The position numbers and the translations under genes are program-made. The notes below the pieces were generated by a model. The model was not told the DNA's origin and searched no databases. It saw nothing but the letters and a program-made list of their open reading frames with translations. This document shows, one piece after another, positions 10,866 to 23,808 of a stretch of 64,000 nucleotides of DNA (the stretch's first letter is position 1; every line of letters begins with the position of its first letter). Source of the DNA: Torpedo marmorata. Its lineage: Eukaryota. Where the stretch lies: contig OZ360245.1 in the NCBI GenBank assembly GCA_977017645.1, positions 37,944,001 through 38,008,000 on the forward strand, given 5' to 3'.

Positions 10866-12539
10866 TGTGTGTGTATGTGTATATACACACACACACACAT
10901 GCGCACACGCACACGCTCCACAACACGAAGGACTATGCTGCTTTTATTAAGCACACCACACAGAAAGCACTCATATAAAATACTTTGCTTTGAAGTGCCA
11001 TCACTATTGTTATGTAGACCAAAATATCAAGAGCAAAGGGAGATTCAAGTCAAACAAATGCTCTACTACATTACAAAAATGCTAACATTGTTTTTGAAAG
11101 TAAGAAGCAAGCAAAATTTGCAAGCAGCTTCTCAGCAGGTCAGGTAACTTATCCGTTTTGAGTATCAAAACATCATTGTTGCCAACCTTTTTGAATTGCT
11201 TTGTTATGTGCAAAGTTACCAAGGGAGGCAGACAAAGAGAGAGGAGGAAAGGCTGAAGGCAGGATCTGAGGAATTGAAGTACAGTACAGTAATGTATTTA
11301 TACCTTAGGCTTTGCAGCCTGTTGTCAATCACAATCCACCAGGGCTAGGAACCAATACTTCTCTTCATCTCAGCTGCTGACCTTAGAGTCCAGCCAGACT
11401 TTTGGAGTCACAGAAATGGCTTTGCAATTACTGGATAGGGATATTGCTTGTGCAAGATGCCTTATCAGCATTTACTTCACCATATTACTTATATAATTGA
11501 TTGGGATAATGAACCTTAATTTCAGTGATTAATGGTGGGTAATCTTTATTCAAAGATTATATTTGAACTGCCTTTTTGGCACTGAATTTATTTTTGTACT
11601 GGGATGTGTTCAGTGTGGTTTCTGGAAGAATCAGCTTGGAGAAGCATTATTCATCAGATGAGGTGTGGGGAATCAATGTTCCAGATCTGAGCTAAATAGG
11701 TGGAAAAAAAACCCTTGCTTTCGTCACATTCATCTTCCAATTTATGTGTTCTCGTATAGACCCACATTCTATAAATTTCAAACTCTTGCATCTAATCTGT
11801 ACTTTATGAGACTGATATTTGAGAGTAAATTTTTCGCAGGCCATGCCTCCCCGCCTGCATGTGCAGGGTTGGGGGTCTGAATTTCTAGTCCATTTACCTT
11901 CCTTCCTTTCACCTGTTACTTCCAACCTGTGAGCATGGTCAACGTCCTGTTAAGTCAGAGGAAACATAAAAATGGGCCAAATTATCCCAATGGGAAGGCT
12001 GAGCAGACTCCCCTATTCCTTCCAATTGCCTCTGATGCCTTACTTCCTGAATGTTTAAGGCTTAATGTCACAAGATAGTACTACTTTTCTGAGTTTGTTA
12101 TTAGATCTAAAGACTGACCTGCTGATTCCTTATTGTCAGAACACGCAAACATATCACCAGTCAAAGCACATGCTCGAGCTGCAGTGACCCTAATGCACCC
12201 AGATGATTTCCAATTTTGATCACGCCTTCGTAGCACGTGGGTTTAATTCTCTTCCACTTACATTCACTGGAAATTACGGGAGATATACTGTGCATACTGC
12301 TGGGGCAAAGTGCCAAAGATTTACTCATGTATTCCAATTTCTGCTGCATTGAATTCTGTGGAAGGTGAAGAATGCCAGATCACTAGTGACCCAGTTAGGA
12401 TAATGTCTGTGCCTCGCTTATTAAGGTTTGTTTTCATTGAATGCCTGATAAGCCATTGAATTGAAATAGTGTGCCATTTGGTGGGGAAAGACACAGAATG
12501 GTTTGATTTCTGCTCAATGGTGAGTTAGAATATAAAATC

Positions 12540-13030
12540 CATCTCCATCTCATTCTCACACTCCCCTCTCTGCCCCTGGCCACCTACGCTGTTCCAACAT
12601 TGCTCAACATAAGGTTGAGGACCACATTCTAATTATTTGACAGTATTTTATTTTCATCAGTGGTCAACAATGAATTCAACAATTTTATATCATTGTTCAT
12701 CCATTCTAGTCTTGCATTTCCAACATCCGGGTTAATGTTAACGGTTCTGGTGTTTCACCTTTCATTCTTTGCCTCTTGTTTAATCCACCATTTGTTTTTC
12801 ACTTGGCTTTGTTGCTCTCTATCAGCCACCTTCACCACTATTTCAATGTCTCCTGGACTCTACCTTCACACAGATCTTCCCCTTTGTTCTCTTCATCACA
12901 CACTCCTTCCCCCCTCACTCCCCACGCAATTTCTGCAACTGGAACTTATTTTATATCTAACTTTTTCTGGTTCTGCTGAAAAGTCATCAACCTGAAGCAT
13001 GAGTTCTTCATCTCTTTGCACAAGTTCACC
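12540..13030 (+). mobile_element. Degraded Penelope 3' end
   Basis: Weak similarity to the GIY-YIG terminus (aaggttgaggaccacattctaatt, aatgaattcaacaatttt), pyrimidine-rich UTR, decayed hammerhead (ctgctgaaaagtcatcaacctgaagc). Confidence 0.5.
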
Positions 13031-13191
13031 CTGTCCTGTGGGTCAATCGAAGTGTTTTGATTTCAGATTTCCAGCATGCCTGTTGTTTGCCTTTGGGATG
13101 GGTGGTTTTTAATGTGCCTGACAAACAAAAGGACCAGAATTGCCCAGGTCCATTGATAACCTGCTTGAATGTGTTTGAAAAAAGTGAGGTG

Positions 13192-13573
13192 AACAAGAAA
13201 ATCTGCAGATTCTGGGGGCTAGTGCAGCACACAAAAAAGCTGGAGAAACTCAGCAGGTCACGCAGTGTCCACAGGAAGTAAAAGGCACTCGGCGTTTCAG
13301 GCCTAAGCCCTTCTTCAGGTGTGCCAGAAATTAGGCAGATACCTTAATAAAATGGTGGAGGTGGGGAGGAAGGGGAAGAGGGAAGAGTAAAGGTTAACAG
13401 GTAAGAGATAATAGGTGGATACAGGTGGGAGGGTGGAAGAGAAAGAAGCTGAGAAGTGAAAGGGGGAGAGGGCAGACGGCCCTCCCGAAGAAAGGCTCTG
13501 GTCCAAAACATCGACTGCCTTTTACTTCCTGTGGATGCTGTGTGACCTGCTGTGTTCCTCCAGTGCTTTTGTG
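13192..13573. mobile_element. Penelope pLTR inverted pair
   Basis: gctggagaaactcagcaggtcacgcag...gtttcaggcctaagcccttcttcagg mirrored by ccgaagaaaggc...aaaacatcgactgcc...gacctgctgtgttcctccag. Tail present only on the minus copy. Confidence 0.75.
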
Positions 13574-13574
13574 T

Positions 13575-14137
13575 ACAGGTAGTCCTCAACTTACGACCTA
13601 CGCGAGTTACGTCCACCCGCACATACGACCGAATCTTTTTAAAAATTAAAAGTACTGTATATATGTTGAGATTCTTTATTACAGTATTTACTTGAAGTTC
13701 AAAAAAATCGCATAATAAAGTGTGCGACGACGCTGAACGCTCACAGCTTAACGCTGCTCAGCAGCATGTTTAAACTCGTTTAGAAGTAGTCATTGGACTC
13801 GGGCGTTGGGCAGGAGCGGCGGCTCAATGCGGGATCAATGGCCGTCTTCGTTACCCAAAATCCCCCACGCAGCTGGAACCGTTCTGCCAGTGCCAGGGAA
13901 ATGCAGAGCTGTTCCAGCTGCGTGGGGGATTATGGGTAATGAAGACATGTTCGGGGCGTCGGGAGATCGGATGGACGGGCGGCCCAGGCAAGGATCCGCG
14001 GTCAGGGGCGTCGGGAGCTCCGGTGGGCGCGTGGCCGAGGCATCGGGAGCTCGCATGGGTGGGCGGTCGGGGCGTCTGGAGCTCCGGAGCGGGTGGCTGG
14101 TGCGTCGGGAGCTCGAATGGGCAGGCGGTCGGGCAGA
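13575..14137. mobile_element. Tc1/mariner (Tigger-like) MITE, left part only
   Basis: TA + caggtagtcctcaacttacgacc terminus, internal hairpin 13851-13939, GC-rich ggggcgtcgggagctc repeats. No matching right TIR seen. Confidence 0.6.
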
Positions 14138-14509
14138 CGAGAAAGAGTCATAACTCCTTTGTGCCTGGAGCACTCATGCATTGGATAAAGTGAAGATGAG
14201 GTTGAACTGCAATGGCCTCCACACATTACACAGTCAGATCAACATAGTTAACATTAGCATAGGATTTACATCTCAAGTGCAGAACCTCTATCATCTGTAG
14301 AGTTTTTAACTCAGATCATCCAAGATCCTGGGAAAAATCAGATCACTCACCTTTCACAGTCATTTAAAATCCGCCCTGACGTAACTAATGATTGGACATG
14401 GTAGGCATCCTGACTCGGTTACATGTGGCCATACGTTCATCATTGCCAGGTCAAGATGCTGGAACAATTCCCAACAGCATTACGAGGAGTATTTCAGCCA
14501 CAGCACAAA

Positions 14510-14782
14510 GAAGTGCGGCTATTGGAGCTGCTGCCTCACAGCTCCAGTAACCCGGGTTCAAACCTGACTTTGTGTGGAGTTTGCATGTTCTCGCTGTGTT
14601 TGGCCATTCCACTTTCTTCCCACATCCCAAAGATATAGAGATTGGTAGGTTTAGATCTCCTGGTGTGCAAGTGAGTGGTATAACCCGGAGGGTGTGGGAG
14701 GAGTCGATGGAATAAAATGGGATTCCTGATGGTCGGAGCAGACTCTGGGCCAAGGGGCCTGTTTCCATGCTGTATGTCTCTG
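14510..14782 (+). mobile_element. Older tRNA-derived V-SINE
   Basis: gagctgctgcctcacagctccag..cccgggttca head, tgtggagtttgcatgttctc core, gggcctgtttccatgctgtat tail. Confidence 0.75.
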
Positions 14783-16149
14783 TAACAAACTGCACTGATT
14801 TAAAAAGAAGGCGCACTTCTGCATTGTCAAAGGAAACGAAATAGCAGCTTTGTGAGCGAAAGCCATATTCCAAGGATTAACTTTAAAAATTAAGGACAAT
14901 GAATGCCAGATGTAATTCATAAGAAAAGTAGTCCCCAATTCCTGCAGATCAAAATGTGTACAATGAAACCTCATTGTCTCCATGCCCTTTCTACTGCATT
15001 AGCCTTGAGATCAGGTCTGTAAAATCACTTACACACATGTACACAAAACGTCTATTGCTTGTCTGTCTAGGGTTTCATGGGTATTGCCTCTAAAGCCAAT
15101 GTCACAAATGACCTGGAACTAGTTCAAACACATTTGGAAGGGAATTTAATTTTAAAGCCTTTTTGGATTCCATTTCATTTAATATAAGTGTTCCATCGGG
15201 ATTTGGGAGCTTGGTGGGGATCACCATACAGTGTGCCAAAATGTGTGAATAATTATAGCAGTTACGATGTCTGCCAGAAAGCATGGAATGTTCACGTTCT
15301 TGATTAAATTCAGTTAAACGCGGCTGTAAATCATGACTGCCATTGCCCGGCAGTCCACGCCAGCAGTTGGCTTCAGCAGCTGGAGGAAGCCCCACCTCTC
15401 CTTAAAAAGGGCAATCAGTCCCTTAATGGAGGAGTTTTGTCTTTGGAGCTTCATAATTAGTGGAAAAACAATAACTGGCCGCCAATGCTTCATCGTTTGG
15501 TTGGTTAGTTAACCAGTGTCGAACCAGACATTTATGTATGTTATAGATTTAGACCATTTTGCCAGGGGAACTGCATTACAGCAATTAATATAGGATTGTG
15601 AGAGCCTCATAAATCATGGGTGCTCCAGGCACAAAGGAGTTATGACTCTTTCTCGTGAGTCAGTCAATGACACAAGTGTAATAGGCTATTTATTCTATGA
15701 GTTTGATTTAAATGCATGATGGAGTGCGATGCACAGCGCTGGTTCTGGCTGCTGAACAATCACGAAATGCAGATAATTCCACAGAGCAGAATGCGCTAGT
15801 TATCACAAGCACCACAAAATAAACACCAAATGCGAGGAGTTGTGAAAGGAGTTCTGAGTAAGGTTTGGATCATTTCAGGAGATTTCACTGCCAGGCATTC
15901 TCGAGTGAATTAGGCGGATTGAGAACAATTTGAGGAGAGTGACGTTGGGGTGTAGTTACCATTGGGGTATGGTTGAGAGAACTGAGGAACACAGTCAACA
16001 GTAATTTAAACAGTTTAAACTCATAGCTATGGAAAGATAAGTGCATTTCAGATAATCATTGATGCGTACTTATTTGACTGAATTAAGTGTTCTAGGACAG
16101 TCTGTTTAGGGTTGTTGATCAGTGAGTTAATAGGACATTATGAATGTCT

Positions 16150-16395
16150 GATATTTAATTTTAATTTAATTTAGACATAGCACAGTAACAGACACTTCCG
16201 GTCCACGAGCCCGTTACACCCATGTGACCAATTAACCAACTAATCCCATACGTCGTTGGAACATGGGAAAAAACCGGAGCAGCTGGGGAAAAGCCACGCA
16301 GTCACAGGGAGAATGTACAAACTCCTTACCGACAGCAACAGGTTCGAACCCTGGTCACTGGCGCTGCAACACCGTTGCGCTAATCACTATGCTAC
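16150..16395 (-). mobile_element. V-SINE
   Basis: Reverse-complement homologue of 78-340. Confidence 0.8.
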
Positions 16396-16404
16396 TTTGA
16401 ATTG

Positions 16405-16801
16405 AAACTGAGGGCCTTCGTTTAAGACATGAATGCTGATAGTGCAGCACACCCTTAGTTCAGCTGCACCCCACTCCCTCAGTCCCGCACCACATCACTC
16501 CCTCAGAACAGCAGTACACAAACCACTCAGTTCTGCAGTGCACTGGAACCTTTGCAGAAGTTCTTGCAGCTGCAAACGCCACTCGCTGGCTGCTGCACTC
16601 CACAGCCGCTTCACCGACACCACTCCTCATCTATTGCAATGCATCAGGATCTCAGTGCAGAATTCATTGCAGTTGTAGTATGCCACTCCTTTGCTGCTGC
16701 AAGCCTCACCATTGCAATACCTCATTCACTCAGCAGGCAGGATATCACTCCCTCAGTACTGCAGTGTGTCACTCAGTCAATGCTGGAGCGCACCACTCCC
16801 T
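16405..16801. repeat. Deu-domain SINE remnant grading into degenerate satellite units
   Basis: gggccttcgtttaagac...gatagtgcagcac followed by diverged cactccctcagt/ctgca units. Confidence 0.6.
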
Positions 16802-17165
16802 TATGGTTTTTACACAGCCGCTGCGTAACGGGATAATATCGCAAAATTCCCTCAACGCAGGCTGTGTAAAAAGTTCGGAACGGAAATGAGTGACTCATTC
16901 CCGTTCCGAAATTTTTCCTTCGGCAGCCCTAGACATAATTGCGGACTGCCTGCAGTCTAAACTGAACTGCAGGCGGTCCGCAACAATGGGCTAATGAATA
17001 CAATGTCGACCCACGTCCAGCTACGTAAGTACCGCATCTCAGGTACTTAAGTCTAAAAACGCGGCGATATCCGTACAGAGGTCGTTCTGTGTGAACGGCC
17101 ACTCGGGAAGGTGGGTGTGAAAATTGCCGACGGAAAAAAACCGTCGGTTATGTGTAAAAACCATA
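16802..17165 (+). mobile_element. PIF/Harbinger-type MITE, family A copy 2
   Basis: TIRs tatggtttttacaca / tgtgtaaaaaccata and TSD CCT. Removing it restores the satellite motif actccctcagtac. Confidence 0.85.
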
Positions 17166-20118
17166 CCTCAGTACTGTTGTACACCACGACCTCAGTACCG
17201 CTGTACACCACACCCTCAGTACAGCTGTACACCACTCCCTCAGTACCTCTGTACACCACTCCCTCCATATCGCTGTACACCACTCCCTCAGTACCTCTGT
17301 ACACCACTCCCTCAGTACCGTTGTACACGGCTCCCTCAGTACCTCTGTACACCGCTCCCTCAGTACCTCTGTACACCACTCCTTCAGTACAGCTGTACAC
17401 CACTCCCTCAGTACCTCTGTACACCGCTCCCTCAGTACCTCTGTACACCACTCCCTCAGTACCGCTGTACACCGCTCCCTCAGTACCTCTGTACACCGCT
17501 CCCTCAGTACCGCTGTACACCGCTCCCTCAGTACCGCTGTACACCGCTCCCTCAGTACCGCTGTACACCGCTCCCTCAGTACTGCTGTACACTGCTCCCT
17601 CAGTACTGCTGTACACTGCTCCCTCAGTACCGCTGTACACCACTCCCTCAGTACCTCTGTACACCGCTCCCTCAGTACCTCTGTACACCACTCCCTCAGT
17701 ACCTCTGTACACCACTCCATCAGTACCGGTGTACACCGCTCCCTCAGTACCTCTGTACACCGCTCCCTCAGTACCGCTGTACACCACTCCCTCAGTACCT
17801 CTGTACACCGCTCCCTCAGTACCTCTGTACACCGCTCCCTCAGTACCGCTGTACACCGCTCCCTCAGTACCTCTGTACACCACTCCATCAGTACCTCTGT
17901 ACACCGCTCCCTCAGTACCTCTGTACACCACTCCCTCAGTACCGCTGTACACCACTCCATCAGTACCTCTGTACACCGCTCCCTCAGTACCGCTGTACAC
18001 CACTCCCTCAGTACCTCTGTACACCACTCCCTCAGTACCTCTGTACACCGCTCCCTCAGTACCGCTGTACACCACTCCATCAGTACCTCTGTACACCGCT
18101 CCCTCAGTACCGCTGTACACCACTCCCTCAGTACCGCTGTACACCGCTCCCTCAGTAATGGATACACCACTCCCTCAGTACCGCTGTACACCGCTCCCTC
18201 AGTAATGGATACACCACTCCCTCAGTACCTCTGTACACCACTCCCTCAGTACCGCTGTACACCACTCCCTCAGTACCTCTGTACACCACTCCCTCAGTAC
18301 AGCTGTACACCGCTCCCTCAGTACCGCTGTACACCACTCCCTCAGTACCGCTGTACACCACTCCCTCAGTACCTCTGTACACCGCTCCCTCAGTAATGGA
18401 TACACCGCTCCCTCAGTACCGCTGTACACCACTCCCTCAGTACCTCTGTACACCGCTCCCTCAGTACCGCTGTACACCGCTCCCTCAGTACCGCTGTACA
18501 CCGCTCCCTCAGTACCTCTGTACACCGCTCCCTCAGTACCGCTGTACACCGCTCCCTCAGTACCGCTGTACACCGCTCCCTCAGTACCGCTGTACACCGC
18601 TCCCTCAGTACCTCTGTACACCACTCCCTCAGTAATGGATACACCACTCCCTCAGTACCTCTGTACACCACTCCCTCAGTACCTCTGTACACCGCTCCCT
18701 CAGTACCGCTGTACACCGCTCCCTCAGTACCTCTGTACACCACTCCCTCAGTAATGGATACACCACTCCCTCAGTACCTCTGTACACCGCTCCCTCAGTA
18801 CCGCTGTACACCGCTCCCTCAGTACCACTGTACACCACTCCCTCAGTAATGGATACACCACTCCCTCAGTACCTCTGTACACCGCTCCCTCAGTACCACT
18901 GTACACCACTCCCTCAGTAATGGATACACCGCTCCCTCAGTACCGCTGTACACCGCTCCCTCAGTACCGCTGTACACCGCTCCCTCAGTACCGCTGTACA
19001 CCACTCCCTCAGTACCTCTGTACACCGCTCCCTCAGTACCGCTGTACACCACTCCCTCAGTACCTCTGTACACCACTCCCTCAGTACCGCTGTACATCAC
19101 TCCCTCAGTACCGCTGTACACCGCTCCCTCAGTACCGCTGTACACCACTCCATCAGTACTGCTGTACACCGCTCCCTCAGTACCTCTGTACACCACTCCC
19201 TCCATATCGCTGTACACCACTCCCTCAGTACCTCTGTACACCGCTCCCTCAGTACCGCTGTACACCGCTCCCTCAGTACCGCTGTACACCACTCCCTCAG
19301 TACCGCTGTACACCACTCCCTCAGTACCTCTGTACATCACTCCCTCAGTACCTCTGTACACCACTCCCTCAGTACCTCTGTACACCGCTCCCTCAGTACC
19401 GCTGTACACCACTCCCTCAGTACCGCTGTACACCACTCCCTCAGTACCGCTGTACACCACTCCATCAGTACTGCTGTACACCGCTCCCTCAGTACCTCTG
19501 TACACCGCTCCCTCAGTACCGCTGTACACCACTCCCTCAGTACCGCTGTACACCACTCCCTCAGTAACTCCGTACATCATTCCCTCAGTACCGCTGTACA
19601 CCGCTCCCTCAGTACCTCTGTACACCACTCCCTCAGTACAGCTGTAGACCGCTTCCTCAGTACCTCCGTACATCATTCCCTCAGTACCGCTGTACACCGC
19701 TCCCTCAGTACCGCTGTACACTGCTCCCTCAGTACCGCTGTACACCGCTCCCTCAGTACCGCTGTACACCACTCCCTCAGTACCGCTGAACACCGCTCCC
19801 TCAGTACCTCTGTACACCGCTCCTTCAGTACCACTGTACACCGCTCCCTCAGTACCTCTGTACACCACTCCCTCAGTACCGCTGTACACCACTCCCTCAG
19901 TACCTCTGTACACCGCTCCCTCAGTACCTCTGTACACCGCTCCCTCAGTACCACTGTACACCGCTCCCTCAGTGCCTCTGTACACCGCTCCCTCAGTACC
20001 ACTGTACACCGCTCCCTCAGTACCTCTGTACACCACTCCCTCAGTACCGCTGTACATCACTCCCTCAGTACTGGATACATCACTCCCTCAGTACTGGATA
20101 CACCACTTTCTCAGTACA
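17166..20118. repeat. 24-bp tandem satellite/minisatellite, ~120 units
   Basis: Consensus ctgtacacc(a/g)ctccctcagtacc(g/t), plus seven 23-bp variants (aatggatacacc). Confidence 0.98.
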
Positions 20119-20220
20119 GCACTGCAGAATCAGCCTTGACTATTGTGCTTAACTTTCTGAAGTGGGCCTTGTGGCCACAACCTTCTCACTCAGTGCCCCC
20201 AGCTGAGCCCCAGCTGGCAT
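20100..20220 (-). mobile_element. 5' part of a Deu-domain (SacSINE1/AmnSINE-like) SINE
   Basis: ctcagtacagcactgcagaatcagccttgactattgtgcttaactttctgaagtgggccttg...acaaccttct, which is reverse-complement similar to 24980-25015 (ggttcaagtcccactccagagacttgagca). Confidence 0.6.
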
Positions 20221-21249
20221 TTAGAGATCGTGCAGGAGAAGAATGAATGTTTAAAGGCTATTATCAGGCCTCAAGAGCACTCTTGGCTCACAGTTGAATG
20301 AGAAGTAGGACAAGGAGCTGGGATATGGTGTACCTTGTTGAAACAACGAATGTAGAACCACACTGCGCTGACCTCAAGCTGTAATTCATGACTTACCTTG
20401 TTTTGTCTGGTGCAGATACACAGAGGAAAAGAATCAAGTTAACATAAATGATTGATGTGGCTCTCTGTCAGTTTGCAATTCGAAACTCAAATGCATTCAG
20501 ACAACAAATAGTCTCATCAGGAAGAAAACTGTCATTTCATTTTTGGCAACTTAAAGTTTGAGCTTCAGTTTGATCATTTGAAAGGCTCTAAAGTGAAGAG
20601 AATTGGAACAACTTCAATTTAATTTCAGGTGGTGCAAAAGCAGCACCACTTGGTGATCTGACCAAGACAGAAAGGTCGATCTGTGAAAGTGGAGATTCTC
20701 ACAAAAGAAGATTAAGAGAGATGCTTGTGGCAGCAGAGAGGGAGGTTTACTGCTCATGTGGAGTGTTTGATGCTCAAAGCAGATGAACATTTAGAAGTGC
20801 ATTCTCCAGCACTAGTAACCTAGAAGGGGGAGAAAATTGTCTCCAGCAGTTGTGCAAATAGACTTATCAGATCAGATACGACTCTGCACACCGTCTGATA
20901 TACAAAGTCCTGCCTACATTGAAATTTGGCAAAAAATGAGGGTTCCTCAATGTTAACCGAACACCTCAACTTTTGTGCTGCCCCATTCATTCCTTCACAT
21001 TATCTCTCTCAGTTCCAGATGCCTTGCCCACATTAGAGAGAGGGAGACAGCAGAGAGTCAGTGGCAACAGTCCAAGAGAAGGAGGGAGCACAAAATGATT
21101 GGTGCATGTGGGCTCAGTTTAGGGTTCGGGATTTTTGGGAGTCAGTTTGTGAAGGGCAGTTGGCAGGTTAATGGGGCTGAGTCCTCAGGACAGATCAAAT
21201 CAAAAGTTTGGGCTATGTCACCCCCTGTCTGGGTATGAGAGGACATCTG

Positions 21250-22682
21250 CGGCCAGTTTGAGTTGTCAGCCAGAGTTAACAAAAGGAAAATCAGGGCAAT
21301 GTTGATCAGTAACTGGCCTGACATGTCTGCCATTTCCTTCACAGTCAGATCTGACTATCTGAAGGTGCTGGCGATCTGGTTTGGAGGGGTGAAGGACTGG
21401 AATAAAAATTGGTCGGAGTGGATTGCAAAGGTCCATTAGAAATTGGGACTGTTGGTGCGGTGCGTGCTCTCAATAACAGGGAAAAACCTGGTCATCAGGT
21501 GCGAGCTGCCCTCTGTACTGCTGTACATCCCGCTGCACCTCTGTCCTGGCGGTCACCAGAGCAGTCTTCTGATTCATATGGGGATCCAGAATGGAATGGT
21601 TTTGATGGATGGCAATGTACAAGTCACTAGACGACGGGGGAAAAGGCCTACCCAATATGGCCCTCAGCCTGATGACCACCTTCATGTGTGGCTGCATCAG
21701 GCTGTGCATGGAACCAAAGTACGAGGGCACCAAGTGCTGCTATGTGCTGAGGTTCTACCTGTCCCAGGTGTTGCGAAGGATGGGCCTAGCCCCGTTGCTA
21801 CGCAATATCCCAGCCAGCTGGACTTTGCCACACCACCTATCCTTCGTGGAAAAGTTTTTCCAAACAAACACCTTTGACCACAAGGCCATCAGGCAGTGGT
21901 CAGCACGGATCGTCCTGCAGGCACTGAGGGTCAAGGACTTGATGGATACTGTGGGGTGGTTCCCTGAGCAGATTGTCCAGATCATCTGGCGGAATGCCTC
22001 ATCGCCAGTGCTCACGAACAAGCACCAGGACCTAGCCTAGTTGGGGATGAGAGGAGCCCTCCCAGTCAGATCCTCCTGTATGAGTGGAATATCACGTTGT
22101 CCTCAAGACAACTGCAATGGTGAGGAGATAGTGGTCCACCTCTGCAGAATGTGGATTTACAAAGAGTGAATGGAGAAGGATGCAAGGGTCCTCGTCATGG
22201 TTCGTCCCGAGCAGCAGCGTATCAGAGACTCTTAGATTTACAGGAACACACACCGAGATAGACATCCACTGTTGCTGGAAGATCATCAACTCAGTGAAAA
22301 GTGCTCTTTGGTCTCTCTGAAACTTGTTCGTCTTCCAGAACATGGAGATGCCAGAGAGAGAAAATGCACACTCCAGGCTACATGCTGAGGGATGCACTGA
22401 TGCTTGGCACAGCCAACGCGAGGGCTTTGTGGAGAAGGATCACAGTCCAGGGTCGTTTGAGTGGCTGAGACCGGTGGGGAAGATCCTCAAACAACTGAGG
22501 GGGGGGGGGGGAGGTGTTAACCACCAGGGGTCACATCAGTGGCAATGCTGCTATGTAGTAAAATAAAGATGGAACACTGCAACATACAGGAACAAGATGT
22601 ATATGCAAATATGAATGTGAAAGAATGTGAATTCCCTTTGCACATATTTTTATTATAAATAAAGTTTATTTTGAAATGTAAA
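21250..22682 (+). mobile_element. Tx1/L1-clade LINE 3' fragment
   Basis: LKVLAIWFGG, YKSLDDGGKGLPNMAL, IWRNASSPVLTNKHQDLA peptides; aataaa-containing 3' end; multiple frameshifts. Confidence 0.8.
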
Positions 22683-22829
22683 ATGAGAGGGAACGAAGCA
22701 CCCCTTCTCCTCTCCCAAACCATCACTGTTGAGTGCTGCCCGATTCTTACCAATGAATGATCATTGATGGCAGCTGGTTATCAACAGGAGCCTCAAGTTA
22801 TCATCATTAACAGAACAAACATTTTTTTT

Positions 22830-23203
22830 GTAAAAAACACAAATGCTGGAGAAACTCAGCAGGTCAAACAGTGTCTTTTATGTAGCAAAGGTAGAAATAC
22901 ATAACCGACGTTTCGGGCTTGAGCCCTTCATCAAAGTATGAGAAAATGCCGGCAGGCGACCGAACAAAGGAGTGAGGGGGGAAGGGGGATGGCAAAGGCA
23001 GATGATAGGTGGAGAAAGGAGGGAGGGGACAGCAGCAAAGAGGGGGAGGAGGGATGGCTGGGTAGCTGGAGAAAAACAGGAAGAACATGTGAGTGGGGGA
23101 GGGGAAGGGAACGACAAGCAGGTTTAGTGGAAAGCAGAAAAGTCAATGTTAATGCCATCTGGCTGGAGAGTGCCGAGACGGAATATGAGATGTTGTTCCT
23201 CCA
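22830..23203 (-). mobile_element. Penelope 3' end/pLTR
   Basis: Near-identical to 36021-36391. Confidence 0.9.
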
Positions 23204-23624
23204 ATAGTAGCAAGGAAGGCAACGTGGCTGTGGAATCGAGTCTGGGTGAGTACATGGTCGTAGAGCTTGAGAGCAGCAGGGGTTGCATTTTTTTTGGGTA
23301 TGTTTATATTGTTTTCTCTATTCCCTCCCACCAGAAAAAAAGCCTACTGATGTCTGAAAATTACCATTCTTAATAAGAAGTCAGTATTTTCCACTGTTTT
23401 GTCTGTCGAAACAGCTGCAATTTTCAAAGTTCATCCTGCAATTTAGGCAGGTCCGACTGAAGTATAATTCCACTGCAATCAGTGGAATTAAATATCAAGT
23501 GCCACATTTGTGAAGCAAAATAAAGTCAGCAAACATGTGTTATTGTAAAAGCTGACTCATTCTTCCTCCTCACCTGGAGATGCCCTCATCAGCAATTTAA
23601 GATGAAATCTTCTCTGCGCAAACG

Positions 23625-23808
23625 AGATTGAAAGTCACAAACTGCAGATGCTGGAAATCTGAATTAAAAATGCAAAGCACTGGAAATACTCAGCAGAACC
23701 GGCAGACAATGAAGGATCGTTGACTGAGATATGAACTCTCGTGTTCTCTCTCTGCCGATACTGCCGGAACTGCTGAGTGTTTCCATCATTTTCTGCATTT
23801 ATTGCAGT
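23625..23808. mobile_element. Short inverted pLTR hairpin (old Penelope family)
   Basis: tgcaaagcactggaaatactcagcag...ggcag mirrored by ctgccggaactgctgagtgtttccatcattttctgca. Confidence 0.6.

Noticed and set aside
17053-20060. Long ORFs of 340-405 aa in several frames (YSGTEGAV / PLYTTPSV repeats)
   Set aside because: By-product of a stop-free 24-bp unit. Open on both strands, broken by 23-bp variants, no splice or start context.
17166-20118. CRISPR-like array
   Set aside because: No unique spacers, head-to-tail tandem units, no cas genes, vertebrate context.
20399-20408. Minus-strand 10-nt micro-exon (polypyrimidine-cag|acaaaacaag|gtaagt)
   Set aside because: Splice signals look good, but it is not frame-preserving, lies opposite to the other exon candidate and has no further support.
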